Of a stretch of 64,000 nucleotides of DNA, positions 1 to 11,945 are shown one piece after another; position 1 is the first letter of the stretch; each line of letters starts with the position of its first letter. The translations under genes and the position numbers were made by a program. The DNA lies in the NCBI GenBank assembly GCA_024137785.1, contig JAHRHZ010000018.1, forward strand, positions 14,235,479-14,299,478, read 5' to 3'. Under the pieces are notes generated by a model. That model was not told where the DNA came from and made no database searches. It saw only the letters and a program-made list of their open reading frames with translations. This DNA comes from Ginglymostoma cirratum (taxonomy: Eukaryota).

Positions 1-135
1 CCTAAACCCTTCTGATGAAGGGTTTAGGCCCGAAACGTCAAGTTTTCCTGCTCCTATGATGCTGCTTGACCTGCTGTGTTCATCCAGCCCCATGCTTGTT
101 ATCTCGGATTCTCCAGCATCTGCAGTACCTTTTAT
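1..135 (+). mobile_element. PLE-derived terminal repeat with minimal hammerhead core, at the centre of a fold-back cut by the window edge
   Basis: CTGATGA(12-18)-AGGGTTTAGGCCC-GAAAC-GTC; cctaaacccttc/gaagggtttagg is a perfect hairpin; closely similar to the 3' end of the PLE at 49450-49550. Confidence 0.8.
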
Positions 136-211
136 CCCCAGAACATTATCTGGGTTTCTAGATTAACAGTCCAGTGATAATACCACTAGGCCATTCCCTC
201 CCCATATGAGA

Positions 212-433
212 GACAACAAATGCTGGAGATCACAACGGGTCAGACAGCATCCATGGAGAGAGAGAAGCTAACATTTCAAGTCTAGTTTACTCTCCATCAA
301 AGCTCTGATAAACAGTCATCTAGACTTGAAACAGTAGCTTACTCTCTCTCCATGGAAGCTGTCTGACCCGCTGTGATCTCCAGCATTTGTTGTTTTCAGT
401 ACAGATTCCAGCATCCGCAGTCATTTGCTCCTA
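212..433. mobile_element. Fold-back PLE-derived element with two decayed hammerhead cores on opposite strands
   Basis: Arms about 214-300 and 305-393 are inverted copies; + core CTGATAAACAGTCATCTAGACTTGAAAC; - core TTGATGGAGAGTAAACTAGACTTGAAATGTTA. Confidence 0.7.
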
Positions 434-436
434 GCT

Positions 437-1070
437 GTATGGGAATATGACGCAGTTGCAAGGATGAAAATATGATTTAAAAACAGTGAGGACTGGGCAC
501 GTCATGCTCAAGGAAACAACATGCTCAAAGATAAGGGAGAAGAACAGTGAGATGGGGTAGCAATGTGGATTAAGGAAGATATTGTAAAGTTGCAAAGGGA
601 GGATGTCCTGGAGGTGCCAAAAACAGAATCCATTTGGTTAGAGGTGACATGTAAAAAGGACACAATAGTACAAGTGGTGGTATTTTATTGGATAGTAAGA
701 GAAAGAGAGAGAGAGAAACAAAAGCGAAAGATAAATGCATGGAAATCAGAGATAAATGCAAGAAATATATAGTGGCGATATCAGGAAACTTCAATAAACC
801 ATTAGGGGCATTCTTAGAATAAAGGGTAAGGACACTGGGAACTTTTTGAACCATGCTCAGGAGAACTTCCTTGAGTAGTATATTTTCTACCCATTTAGAA
901 AAGAGACATTGCAGGATCTGGTATCAGGGAATGAGGTGGGCCATATGGGACAAGCTTTTGGGGGTGGGGGAGGGTAGAACTCATGGAAGAGTGATCACCA
1001 TGTTATAAAGTTTTAGATTTGCAGTGGAGAAGAGCAAGAAAAGTATAAAAGGTTGGCTAACAAAACTGAG
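437..1070 (+). mobile_element. CR1-type LINE fragment (endonuclease region), decayed
   Basis: Translation resembling CR1 endonuclease (TESIWLEV...); internal deletion to RT region near 1045. Confidence 0.7.
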
Positions 1071-1520
1071 ATTGAGTCTTGCTGGGAAAAGATACTTTCT
1101 GGAAGCTTTTCATATTGTACCTATTAGCACATTCACAAGAAACAGTAATGTAAATGGGAACAATATTTTCATATGCATGAAAAGAGAGCACTGATTGGTT
1201 GACAACTGAACTCTGTTGGGGAAGGCATTGCTGTGGATGCTGCACCGGCTAGATGATGACTGACAGTTAACCAACAAACTTGGTTTAACCTAAACCAAGA
1301 AGGTTGACTACTAGTTGGTCAAGGCAATGCCCTGAGGAATGGGCTGGGAAATGTCTTGTCATGTGTTTCGTTGAGTTGAAACAGGCACACAGTATAGGTG
1401 CACCTATTCTTTCTGTGTATAAAAAATAGGGCCTGTTTATTAGTGTATGTAGGTTCCAGCACACACAAGTGAGCCAACACTGCAAGCTTAACTGACAATC
1501 CCAAATTGGTGGTCAGAATG
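1071..1520. mobile_element. Unclassified 450-bp insertion inside CR1 with 6-bp TSD
   Basis: ACTGAG at 1065-1070 and 1521-1526; removing the insert restores CR1-like LANKTEVHGIEG; internal hairpin cttggttt-aacct-aaaccaag. Confidence 0.6.
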
Positions 1521-2570
1521 ACTGAGGTTCATGGAATAGAAGGGGTAGTGTCAGCTTGGATTAAAAAAAAATACTTTATGGTCAAGAAACTGAGTGTTCT
1601 GGTAAATGGTTGTTATTTTAGACTGGAAGTTGGTAGATGTTTGTTATCCTCAATATTTCAATGCTAGGAACGCTGTTTATTTTACTCTACAGAAATGACT
1701 CAGATATTGGAATACATAATAAATAGTCAAAATTTGCCAATGATACAAAATGTGCAAGTGTAGCTGATGGCCAATCAATTACAATAGCATATAGATAGGC
1801 CAGCAGCACAAAGACAAGTAGTAGATGGAATTTAATACAGAAAAGTCTGAGGGACTCCTTTGCACAAAAGGAATAGGGAGAGGCAATTAAAAAAAACTAG
1901 ATGGTTCCACTTGAAAGAGTCTGCAAGGATTGACAGACTTAGAGGTTCATCTATAGAGATCTTTCGTGGTGGCAAGACATAAAGAGAGATCAACTAGCAA
2001 AGAATATATTATCTTGGGCTTTCTAAATTCTGTTGCTGGAATACAAAAACAAGGGTGTCATGTTGAATCTTCTTAAAGTTCTGGTTAGACTGCAGCTTTT
2101 ACTCTGTATCCAGTTCTGGTCATCACATTCTCAGAAGGATAGGAGGATCCCCGAGAGGCTGCAGAGGAGATTTACTAGCACAGGCTGAGGGAATCTGGGG
2201 ACATAGTTAGGATAAGGAAGCTTATAATATTTCTCCTTGGAGAATAGGTGAGTCCGGAAGAATTTAACAGAGGTGGAAACGATTGTGATAGGTTTCTACA
2301 AAGTAAACAAAGATTACACTGTTTGAAAAGGCTGATAGTACAGGGACTAGGAGAACAGAGATGTAGCAGTATTGTCAAGGAAGAACATCAAGTGGAAATG
2401 ACATGGAACTGGTTGACTTTGAGGGTGGTAGTAGCAGAGACAATGAATGAATTTGAGAGGAAATTGGGTGGGACTTGAGTGAAATAAACCTGCATAGATC
2501 CAGCAGAGGAATGGGACTAATCAGATTGCTCTGCAGAGAGCAGGTGAATGGCTTCCTCCTGTGCTGTAAC
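1521..2570 (+). mobile_element. CR1-type LINE RT/3' fragment, decayed
   Basis: KFANDTK-like RT motif, VQFWS-like segment, CR1-like 3' tail. Confidence 0.75.
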
Positions 2571-3255
2571 TGCTTTCTGACCCCAGGAAACCTGCTGCAA
2601 CGTATCTGTCTGTGAACTCTGAGTGATGACGGGATCAGACTTAATCACCCCCAGTAACAAGCCAGTCTGCCAACAGCTGGGGAGCAGCCACATTCATTGG
2701 AAATGCACCCATTCTGTATGGGTGGAAAACATCTTCAAAAAATACACATTACAAGCTCAGTTGGGATTGTGGGAACAAGAGGAACTCTCTTCCAGAAGTA
2801 ACAGTAACTGTAATTATTCACTGTGTAGTGCACAAAGCAGCCAAACATTAAACATAAAACACTTTCATTACTGCAATACAAAAACACAAATGCTGCTTTC
2901 ATATTGGCCTTATTTTAGTCCAGAAACCAGTGGAAAACTGGCTGTAAAATCTTCCAAAAACCCAAGCCTTTGTGTCTGCAAGACTGCAGACTGACTGCCT
3001 CTCCAGATAACCAGGTATTACCAGTCATGTGCCCTGTAAGGGATAATCACATCCAGAGAGGGAACTTTGAAGAGAAACAGAGACAGATGCCCGTACACTC
3101 TCCTACACCAGAACCCAGACTGCTCTCCTACCCATTGCACTTCTCTCATTCTCAGTTCCTCTCTAATGACAGGCCCTGGGCGCTTATCAATCTGAACACC
3201 TTTCTGTCTCAAACCAGTCTTCCTGCTGAGTCTCAAGCAATGTTATGGAAGCTAT

Positions 3256-3595
3256 GGGTGGCACGGTGGCTTCGTGGTTAGCACTGCTGCCACACACAGT
3301 GCCAGAGATCCAGGTTCAATTCCAGCCTCAGGCGAGTGACTGTGCGTAGTTTGCACATTCTCCGCGTGTCTGTGTTGGTTTCCTCCGGGTGCTCTGGTTT
3401 CCCCCACAGTAAAACTATGTGCAGGTTAGATGAACTGGTGATGCTAAATTGTGCATAGTGTCCAAGGATGTGCAATCTGGGTGGATTAGTTATGGGAAGT
3501 GCAGGGTTACATGGATAGGGTGGGATGCTCTTTGGAGGGTCAATGCAGACTCGATGGACTGAATGGCCTCTTTCAGCGCTGTAAGGATTCTATGA
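3256..3595 (+). mobile_element. HE1/V-SINE-like tRNA-derived SINE
   Basis: Box A/B head, V-domain (tttgcacattctcc...gtttcctccgggtgctc), CR1-like tail ending ggattctatga. Confidence 0.85.
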
Positions 3596-3781
3596 ATGAA
3601 CAATGTGAGTTAAGTAACCAGTTTGGTTAGACAACTGTTTGCCTTGCCTTCCTCCCTCATTGATCCGCGCCTACTTCAGAAATGAAAGCAATGTCACATT
3701 AACAGCTTATTTTTTTTCCCCAAAGTCAACATGAACCAATCCAAGACTATTTGTGGTGCATTCAATCAAGGCTCTCACTTT

Positions 3782-4790
3782 AGACCACAAGATGGAGGGC
3801 AAAAAAGTAGGCCACTCAGCCCACTCTGTCATACAATGAGATTGTGGCTGATTTGATAATCCTCAATTTAACTTCCCTGCCTTTTCCCCAAAACCCTTGC
3901 TTCTTTCACTGATAAATCTGTCAACCTCATTCTTGAATATAGTTAAGAACCCAACTTCAACAGCTCTCTGTGCTAAAGAATTCCACAGATTCAGTGTCAT
4001 CTGAGAAGAACTTCTTCTTCATCTCAGTCTTAGATGGGTGGACCTTTACTCTGAGATGATGCCCTCTCATCCTAGACTCTCAACACAAGCTTGAAAGATT
4101 AACTGTGCTTTCTTCCACAGATGCTGCCAGACCTGCTGAGTTTCTCCAGCCATTTTTGTTTTTGTTTCAGATCTCCAGCATCTGCAATTCTTTGTTTTAT
4201 TACCTGTTTAGTCCCCTAAGAATCTTATATAGTTCAGTATGGTTGCCTTTCATTCCTCTCCATTCCAATGAGCATATACCCAACCTACTCAACCTTGCTC
4301 ATAAGAAAATCCCTCTATACCTAAGATCAGCCAAGTGAACCTTGTCTGGACTGCCTTCAATTGCAGTAATTTTTCCTTAGATAAGGAGACCAAAACTGTT
4401 CACAGTATTCTCCGTATGGTCTAACTTGTCTTGCTTAAGTGAGATTTCCCTACTTTTAGACTCCATTCCCTTGGAAATAAAGGCAGACATTCCATTTGCT
4501 TTTCCAATTCTTACTGAACTTCTGTATTGGCTTTTTGTGATTTTTTTACATGAGGACCTCCCCTGTCCCTTTGACCTGCAATGTTCAATGTTTAAATAAT
4601 ATTCACGTCCTCTTTTCTTCCTGCCAAAGTGCGTAACCTCATAATTTCCCGTATTATATTCCGCCTGCCCATTTTTTTGCTCACCCATTTAATCTGTTCG
4701 TATCTCCCCACAAACTCTTTGTGCCACCACTTTGCCATCCTCACCATCTGCCTTCCCCCTTATTTCTGTGTCATCCACAAACCTGGCTAC
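3782..4790 (-). mobile_element. CR1-type LINE 3' fragment, interrupted by a PLE-derived fragment at about 4088-4200
   Basis: RT C-terminal remnants (EYNTGNYEVTHFGRKK) and CR1 tail; insert carries ccacagatgctgccagacctgctgag. Confidence 0.75.
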
Positions 4791-4834
4791 AGTGTACAAA
4801 AAGTTTCATAAATTGCAGTGAGTGCAGGACTTAC

Positions 4835-5117
4835 TGAGACTGCTGGGGCACCATCATGGAAGGTTTCTGTTTGACAGTCAGAGACATGTGGCCCAGTGAA
4901 TTGATCTTCTGAGGAGGTTGCACCAATCTCTGGGTCACGGTCTGCTGGGGCACCTGTTGCGGGATGGCCTGCCCCTGTGCCACAGTGTCCTGATTGTTTG
5001 TGGGATGAGCGCTGGATGTCGTCTCCTCACAGGCTCTGCCTTTGGTGCCTGGTTTACACACACAGAGCTGGGGCCGTAGGCACATCCCTCCATTTTGGCA
5101 CTTTGGAGAACAATTCG
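4835..5117 (-). CDS. LTBP1: LTBP1 exon 3 (first EGF-like domain and linker)
   Basis: ttctctctgacag|CG AAT TGT... gives [31 protein letters not shown] (human [31 protein letters not shown]); [11 protein letters not shown] resembles human QMTLTLKPKPS; donor CA|gtaagt. Gene continues left of the window. Confidence 0.93.
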
Positions 5118-5391
5118 CTGTCAGAGAGAAGAAACATGTTTCACTGACAGTGCTGATGTCAAACTAGAACAAAACAATTATCTGGAAAGTGAAGGACAAA
5201 ATTTTAGAGGTAGATTTCATCAATTGTTTTGATTCTGGAAAGAGTTATTGAGGTAGGTATAAATATCGAATTGGTACAAAGTATGCAACTGTGAATGGAT
5301 AGCTACTTTTACTTCACTCCTACTGTTTATCTACTTTACGTTAATGCAAATAAGGATACATGAGATACATACGAACAAGGAGCAGATTTAG

Positions 5392-5587
5392 AAACAAAAA
5401 TAGAAATTGCTGGAAAAGCTCAGCAGGTCTGGCAGCATCTGTGGTAAGAAAGTTCTGAAGAAGTGTCACTCGACACGAAACGTTAACTCTGATTTCGCTC
5501 CACAGATGCTACTAGACCTGCTGAGCTTTTCCAGCAATTTCTGTTTTTGTTTCTGATTGACAGCATCCGCACTTTGTTCGGTTTTTA
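5392..5587. mobile_element. Fold-back PLE-derived element with intact minimal hammerhead core and 15-bp TSD
   Basis: 54-bp inverted arms 5391-5444/5500-5553 (3 mismatches); core agtt-CTGAAGA-A-GTGTC-actc-GACAC-GAAAC-GTT-aact at 5451-5488; TSD AAGGAGYAGATTTAG at 5377-5391 and 5588-5602, within a CR1 tail. Confidence 0.85.
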
Positions 5588-5959
5588 AAGGAGTAGATTT
5601 AGGCCACTCAGCCCTTCAAACCTACTTCACCATTCATTAAGACCATAGCTGATTTGTTTTTGTTCCGTATTCCACATTCCCATCAATTCCCAGCGTAGAA
5701 CTACTAGAATCACACAAAGTCATGATTTATCCTGTTGCTTCAGGCAGGATGAGGGAGGAAGATTAAAATTTGATGACCAAGTAAAGCTAAGTGTTTACCA
5801 TTGCCACTCCGCAGGAGCAACACAAGTGGCACTTTCCATTAACAGGGTATGACCATCAAGGCAAAAAGACATTCTGTCTACCGTACAAGAGAGTAATGCA
5901 CTAAATGAACAATCCCCAGAGTGTTTAGAATTACACTAACACCCGATTGAAGATTATTG

Positions 5960-6465
5960 GTCAGGCTCTCAATGTAGCTCAATAATACTTGCTTAAAGCT
6001 ACATATGTTCATGTGCAGGTTCAATTCTCACACCCACTGGGATTACTATGAAGATTCCAGCTTCTCAACCTTACCCTTCGTCTGAGGAGTGTGATCCTCA
6101 GGTTAAACTCACCACCAGTCGTCTCTCTCCAGTGAGACAGCAGCCCCATGGAGCTCTGGAACATTTTTCTCCTTATTTATTCATTTGTGGAATGTGGGCA
6201 TTGCTGGCTGGGCCAACATTTATTGCCCGTCCCTGTTGCCCTTGAGAAGGTGGTGGTGAGCTGCCTTCTTGAACGCTGAAGTCCACCTGCTGTGGGTTGA
6301 CCCACAATGCCATCAGGGAGGGAATTCCAGGATTGTGACCCAGCGGCAGTGAAGGAGTGGCGATATATTTCCAAGTCAGGATGGTGAGTGGCTTGGAGGG
6401 AACTTGAAAGTGGTGGTGTTCCCATGTATCTGCTGCTAACTACGATGCCTTTACCTTTACCTCAT
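5960..6465 (+). mobile_element. tRNA-derived SINE interrupted by a minus-strand LINE 3' fragment (about 6172-6436)
   Basis: ggttcaattc box B and tcaggttaaactcaccaccagtc body; related copies at about 38660-38860 (-), 43620-43770 (+), 56085-56235 (+). Confidence 0.6.
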
Positions 6466-7591
6466 TTGCAGGGAACAGCAACATTTCCAGGCATTTGTAG
6501 TCCTGTGAGAGCTACACTTCTGTGAATGAACAGCAACAGACTTCATTGAAAAACACTATGTATAGCGCATGGTTGGAGAGGAATCTTATTTTGAGCCCTA
6601 GAGACCCAGTTCCATATGATCGCACATCAATGTGTTAAAGCTCTTTATGCGCAAGCTCACTAGCTACACTCAGAACAAAGATACAATTCCTGTTACAATT
6701 CTTCAAGATTCTTTTAGAATTCCCCTTTCCCTTCAAGATTTGACTTACACTAAACGGGTTCATTTTCAATGGCATCATCAGTTCTCTTAGAAAACACATA
6801 TGGCACACTCTCTCACTGTTTCCTCGGAGAGTGGAATGATGGTGCCTGGTAACCCAACGGAATTGTAGCAGCAGTGAGGACCAATCAAGTAGGTCGTGAT
6901 TCAAAGGAGCAGACTGCAAATAATCACAATCTCTTGAAAAGGAAGACGAAGAAGTGAAATTCTCACTCTCCATCTGCCTTGCTATGTGATCTAGGGACAA
7001 AGGAATTCCCTGGAATTTCCGTTCCAATAAAGGAGTGGGATCACCACAACACTTGCTGCACTGCAGGGTAACTGAGGATATCTCAGTGGCCCTGAGATGA
7101 AAGTACCACCACCATCAAGAGAATGAACTGTTGAGCAGGACCAATAGGTGCTTGTGTGGTGCTCTGATTTGTAGAGACACTTGTAGAGACCATATCTTTA
7201 TATTTTTCTGTAGTTTTGATTGTGGACTGAAATACAAAAGGGGTTGTTTTAAAAACTAAGAATTCTAGAAAGGATTACTATACTTTCTCAAAAGCAAGTT
7301 ACCTCCACAAATTGGGTTCACATTGCTGTTTGTCCAAAAAATGGCGAAGGTTGCGACAGGCGAGCTGGAGCTGGGGAGGGGGTGGGGGGGCGTTGAAGGG
7401 AGTTTCAACCAGCAACAAATTGGTCTGGGGAATTGTGACCAATCATCAATGAGAAAGGTCTTCTGCCTGCCAACAATTATGTGATTGGCTCCCAGGTAGC
7501 TATGGGTGCAAATAATTGGTCAGAAGCTATCGGTTCTCCAAAAAAGAGGAAGGAGCTGACTGCTTTTTCAGCAGGGAAAGCCAGTTTGATC

Positions 7592-7695
7592 CAGTTCTGA
7601 GGAAGGGTCACCGGACCCGAAACATTAACTCTGATTTCTCTTCACAGATGCTGCCAGACATGCTGAGCTTTTCCAGCAACTTCTGTTTCTGTTGC
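7592..7695 (+). mobile_element. PLE-derived fragment with hammerhead core
   Basis: agtt-CTGAGGA-A-GGGTC-accg-GACCC-GAAAC-ATT-aact followed by the same arm as 5500-5553. Confidence 0.75.
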
Positions 7696-9444
7696 AGTTT
7701 ATTCCCCTCATCAGTTTCTGTAAGCTGCGGCTCTTAGCCAATAAGTGAGAGGAATAAGTGTGAACCAGTCACCCTGCATCTCCTGCAAACAAAGTGAAAG
7801 TTCTTGGAGTAGGAAAATCGGGGAGCAGCAGACTGAAAGGATCATCTCAGCAAACCCTGTGGACAGGGGACAGGGACTGAACTGCCTTCCTGGTCTTTCC
7901 CTCCATCCACAGAACACTTTTTTGTCCATTTCTGTCTGTGTCTGTCTACAAGTCTGTGTCAGGCAGTTTCATAAGGGGGTTTATGAAACAGTAATTCTTG
8001 TTAAGTACAGATACTCCACCCCACCTTGGTCCTGGCTTTCTCTCAACTGGAGCCTAAAGGACTGGCAAATTGGGACATTTTGCATACTTTTGTAAAAACC
8101 ATGAAATCACGCAGTGAAAATATGGGCTCTTAAAACCAACAATGTTCTCTAAACAATGCTTGTTAAACAGTTACTACCATGCAAAGCAAGGTAATCACAT
8201 GCAGTGTGGAGTTTGAGAAACACAGTGAAAGATAGGCTGGCAACACTAAAAGGTTGACTCTGTGACCTTTAGGGAAGAACATCTGCTGTCCTTACCCGTC
8301 TGGTCTACAGGTGACTCCAGACACACAGCTGTATTGTTGACTATTAACTGCTCCCTGAAATGACCAAGCAAGCCACACACTTCAGGGATGGACCCCACAT
8401 CTCAGGGAAGAATAAATTTGTTTTTTAAAAATTCTAGTTTTGGTCCTCTCTACAATATGGACCTCATTTCACTTGAACATTCATTACAGTGTTTTTCAGA
8501 AGTTGCAGGGGCTCATATGAAGTCACATTCCCAGGACTGCAGACTATTCAACAAGTGGACCTCTCCCATTATTACACTCCCAATCTCAAATCATACATCT
8601 GCATAGCAGATAGGATAATTCAGGGGGAATGTCTGCAGCAGATTTGAAATCTGTAACACAGTCTCAATTACTCAAGTGACTGAAATAATGATTTACTGCA
8701 TTCTACTTTTTAACTTGACTGCTTTTCAGGAACATAGAGAATGTGGCTCACTCAGTTGTGAACATTGAGCCCGACAAATAGCACAGTAATTCCTCTGAAT
8801 TTAACAAAAGAAAAATCATTTACAGCATTTTTAATTCTTCTTTCTTTATGGAAATCAGCAATTCTCCATACTGAAGCCCAGAGTACTCAGTAAGAGCTAT
8901 GCTGCATATCCATTTGGTTTGGAAGCAGCATTGTGTTCAGCAGTAACTCAACATCATCAGACATCAATGTTCAACATGTAGGCACCTGCTATGAATAGTG
9001 ACCTAACAATCCGACATGCCATTGAAGCATTTTTTTAACTTCTTGTATCTCAATTTTATTCCATTTCCTGACAGCCAGTGAATGAACAGGAAACATACGT
9101 AGACATACATCTGGGGTTCATTTGTGAAAGTATATACAAGCCCACAGCCAACATGGTGCATATGAAATAAGGCATACGTTTCACCATAAAAACAACTGCT
9201 TTCATTGGGTTAGTATGTCATCATTTTCCATTTCCGGCTAAGGAAGGCCATGAAGGTAACAAACAAAAAAAAATCTACTTTGTATATAAAAGTTCAAGAT
9301 CTGTCATTTGCACTTCAGGCATGCTGTACATGTGCATATTTGAGTGTTCTTTTTTTGAATAAACTAAAACTTCCAGATGGTTTAATCTTGGGAAGCAGCT
9401 GGGCATTTACAAATACTTGCCAGGACTGAGCACGGTAAAATAAT

Positions 9445-9735
9445 GGTTATGTCACTCAAACAACAGTCAGGGCCCCAGAAGAAGATTGTTCAAATCCCAC
9501 CACTTGAGAATAAATATACCTGGAATGACAAACCTGGTCTCAGTAATTGTGACCCGGAACCTGTCAGATTCCTGTAAAAACCTATTGGTCCATTATGTGT
9601 TTTATGGGACGGAGCATGTTCGCTATATGACTCCAGACTCACAGTTACGTGGCTGACTCTGAAGTGGCTACACAGGTCATGGGCAATTAGAGATAGACAA
9701 CAATTGCAGGTCTTTCCAGTGATGTCCACATCCAC
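9445..9735 (+). mobile_element. Decayed copy of the tRNA-head SINE seen at 22505 and 44781
   Basis: Shared blocks tgactccagac...tggctgactct and gggcaattagagat. Confidence 0.55.
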
Positions 9736-11550
9736 AAATTAACAGAAAATATAGACATATTTATAGAATATGGGCCAAGTTCACCTGGCGGGAAAATACA
9801 AGGCTTTCACGATTATAAAATAATATTTTGTGCATTAGTTGATTAGTTTGGTTCTTACAAACACAAGCATTCTCCTCTTCGGTATAAGCAACACTACAGG
9901 AATAGACAGTAGTTTAACTAAGTAAATAATCATTGCACAAGCACTGAGGATTTTCCCTGACAGTGTTGAGGATTTGAAGCAGTTATTGCAGTTGTTCTGC
10001 TAATTTGCCCTAAGGTGGACACATCGACTGCTGATTCGGAGGTTGTGTTAGGGCTGCCAATGACTGGATGGCACAAAATGGCCAACGGCTGCCCATGGCT
10101 ACAGTAGTTACAGCTTGTGGGAAAATACTTGCTTAATACAGTCTCCACAAGTAGAACAATAGCAGGTCTGTCTTAACTGAGTTAGAATGTGCAGCCAGCA
10201 AATGTTATCTCATGGTGAAAAGGTAAGAAAGTCTTTGAAAATATCATGACTGTATATGATCTGAAGTTTTTGTGTGGTTTACTGTGAAGAAATTCTGAGG
10301 CTGTAATGAAGTTGTACCAAAATAAAGTTGTACCTGAATCTATAGCCAGATTCAGACACTCATTGGAAAATGTGAGATCCAACAGTATCCTCTCCCAAAT
10401 TGCTGAAATCAACTAGAGATGAAAAAATTGCCTGTTCACTTCAGGCTTCAAGTTGGAAAATCGAAAAGAACCCAAGATGAGCTGCCTGACCTGCTTTCAC
10501 CTTCTGTGAATTCCTTTCTCATCTCTCACAAAATGGTCCATTCAGAATGTGGTAAGCACATGCTCAACACAACTTAAGTTAATATAACATTGCACTTTTA
10601 CGAGCCCTGCAGGGGAACCATTAATCAACATCACCAAATTCGCCAAATGGCATGCAAATTAAGAAGTTCTCAACAAGGCTTCAGTTCTTCTGATTTTTAC
10701 TCTAAAATGAATAGTGAAATGAATGAAAACGAAAATTAAACATTAATTAACAGACAAATTATATATCAAAAAGATTAATCTTCTTTTAAATGGAAAAGGT
10801 ACAACAACCTTATTTAACCAGAAATACCTGCATCAGTCCCACACAAACTTTCACAGAATATCCAACACTATCTCTAGTTCATCAGCTCTCTCACGTTCCT
10901 CTCAGTTGATATGGCTCTTGAATCACATTCACTGACAGCTGCACTTCATTCAAGGTCCCAGGTTACAGTTAGCACCAACAAGACACATGCCTATGAGCCT
11001 CTCTCTATATGTCACATGAATCCCCATGGAATACAATCCCAATCAGTAGCTTTCTAACAACCAACCAACAATATCTAGTGTGCAATCATGCCCTCTGCTT
11101 TTAGGATTCAGTCTCTTTCAGCTGAGTGAATCACTTCCCAAAGGGTTTCTAGAGTTCTAATTTTATCCGTACTGCCAAACTAACTTTAATGTAGAAACTT
11201 GACTTGCTTCTAAACACACCAGGAGTTTGATAATTGTGTTGTGTTGCAGCACTTATTCATACCTGTAGTTGTGTACTTCTTCCCCCAGCTTTCCTTCAAG
11301 CTGGGCAGCTGTATGGCTTTTGGACTTAATTCTCTTCCTATTGGTAATGCTTCTAGGTCAAGCGTAACCAGGTCACATGGACCATTATTTCTTATTATCC
11401 TGGAAAGTTACCAAGGATCCTTTTACAACTAAAATAATTCTACAGAGGCTGGTATCCTGTCACTAAGTCACCCTTTATTTACGCATGAACAATCCTTGAC
11501 TTTAGTATCGCCTCTTCAGAGCCAGCTCTCAGGGAGTCAGTATCTCTGTA

Positions 11551-11945
11551 TCTTTTAATTTATTTTTAGCGCATCTTTTCCCCCACAGGACCCGTGTTAT
11601 GTGTGTGTAAGTACAAGGCACTCAGTGAAGACGCCATTGCACAAATAATTTTATTCAATATTTCCACCACCAGGAAAAACACCCATGTTACCAGGGAATG
11701 AGTAACAAGTAAAGCCCAATAAGGGAAATGCTTATGTGAAAAAAGTGATTGGGGAGGGTGGGGATTAAATCAAAATAGGAATTGGAGGGGTAAATGAAAT
11801 ACTCCAATCCTTGTGGCACTTACCTCTCCCTAAAGGCATTGGCAGCATTTGTGGACCATGTGCTCCATATCCAGGGACACCCAGTCTTGAATAAAGCTGC
11901 AGGAGAAAGGCAGACAGTCGGCTGAAATGACCCCCAAAACAGTGG
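11551..11945 (-). mobile_element. Tx1/L1-like LINE 3' end inserted in the Gypsy 3' LTR
   Basis: Minus-strand ADCLPFSCSFIQDWVSLDMEH...AFRER resembles the Tx1-type ORF2 C-terminus; AATAAA and A-rich tail. Confidence 0.55.

Noticed and set aside
3256-3330. tRNA-like sequences here and at 22505, 44781, 20800
   Set aside because: They continue into SINE bodies; not stand-alone tRNA genes.
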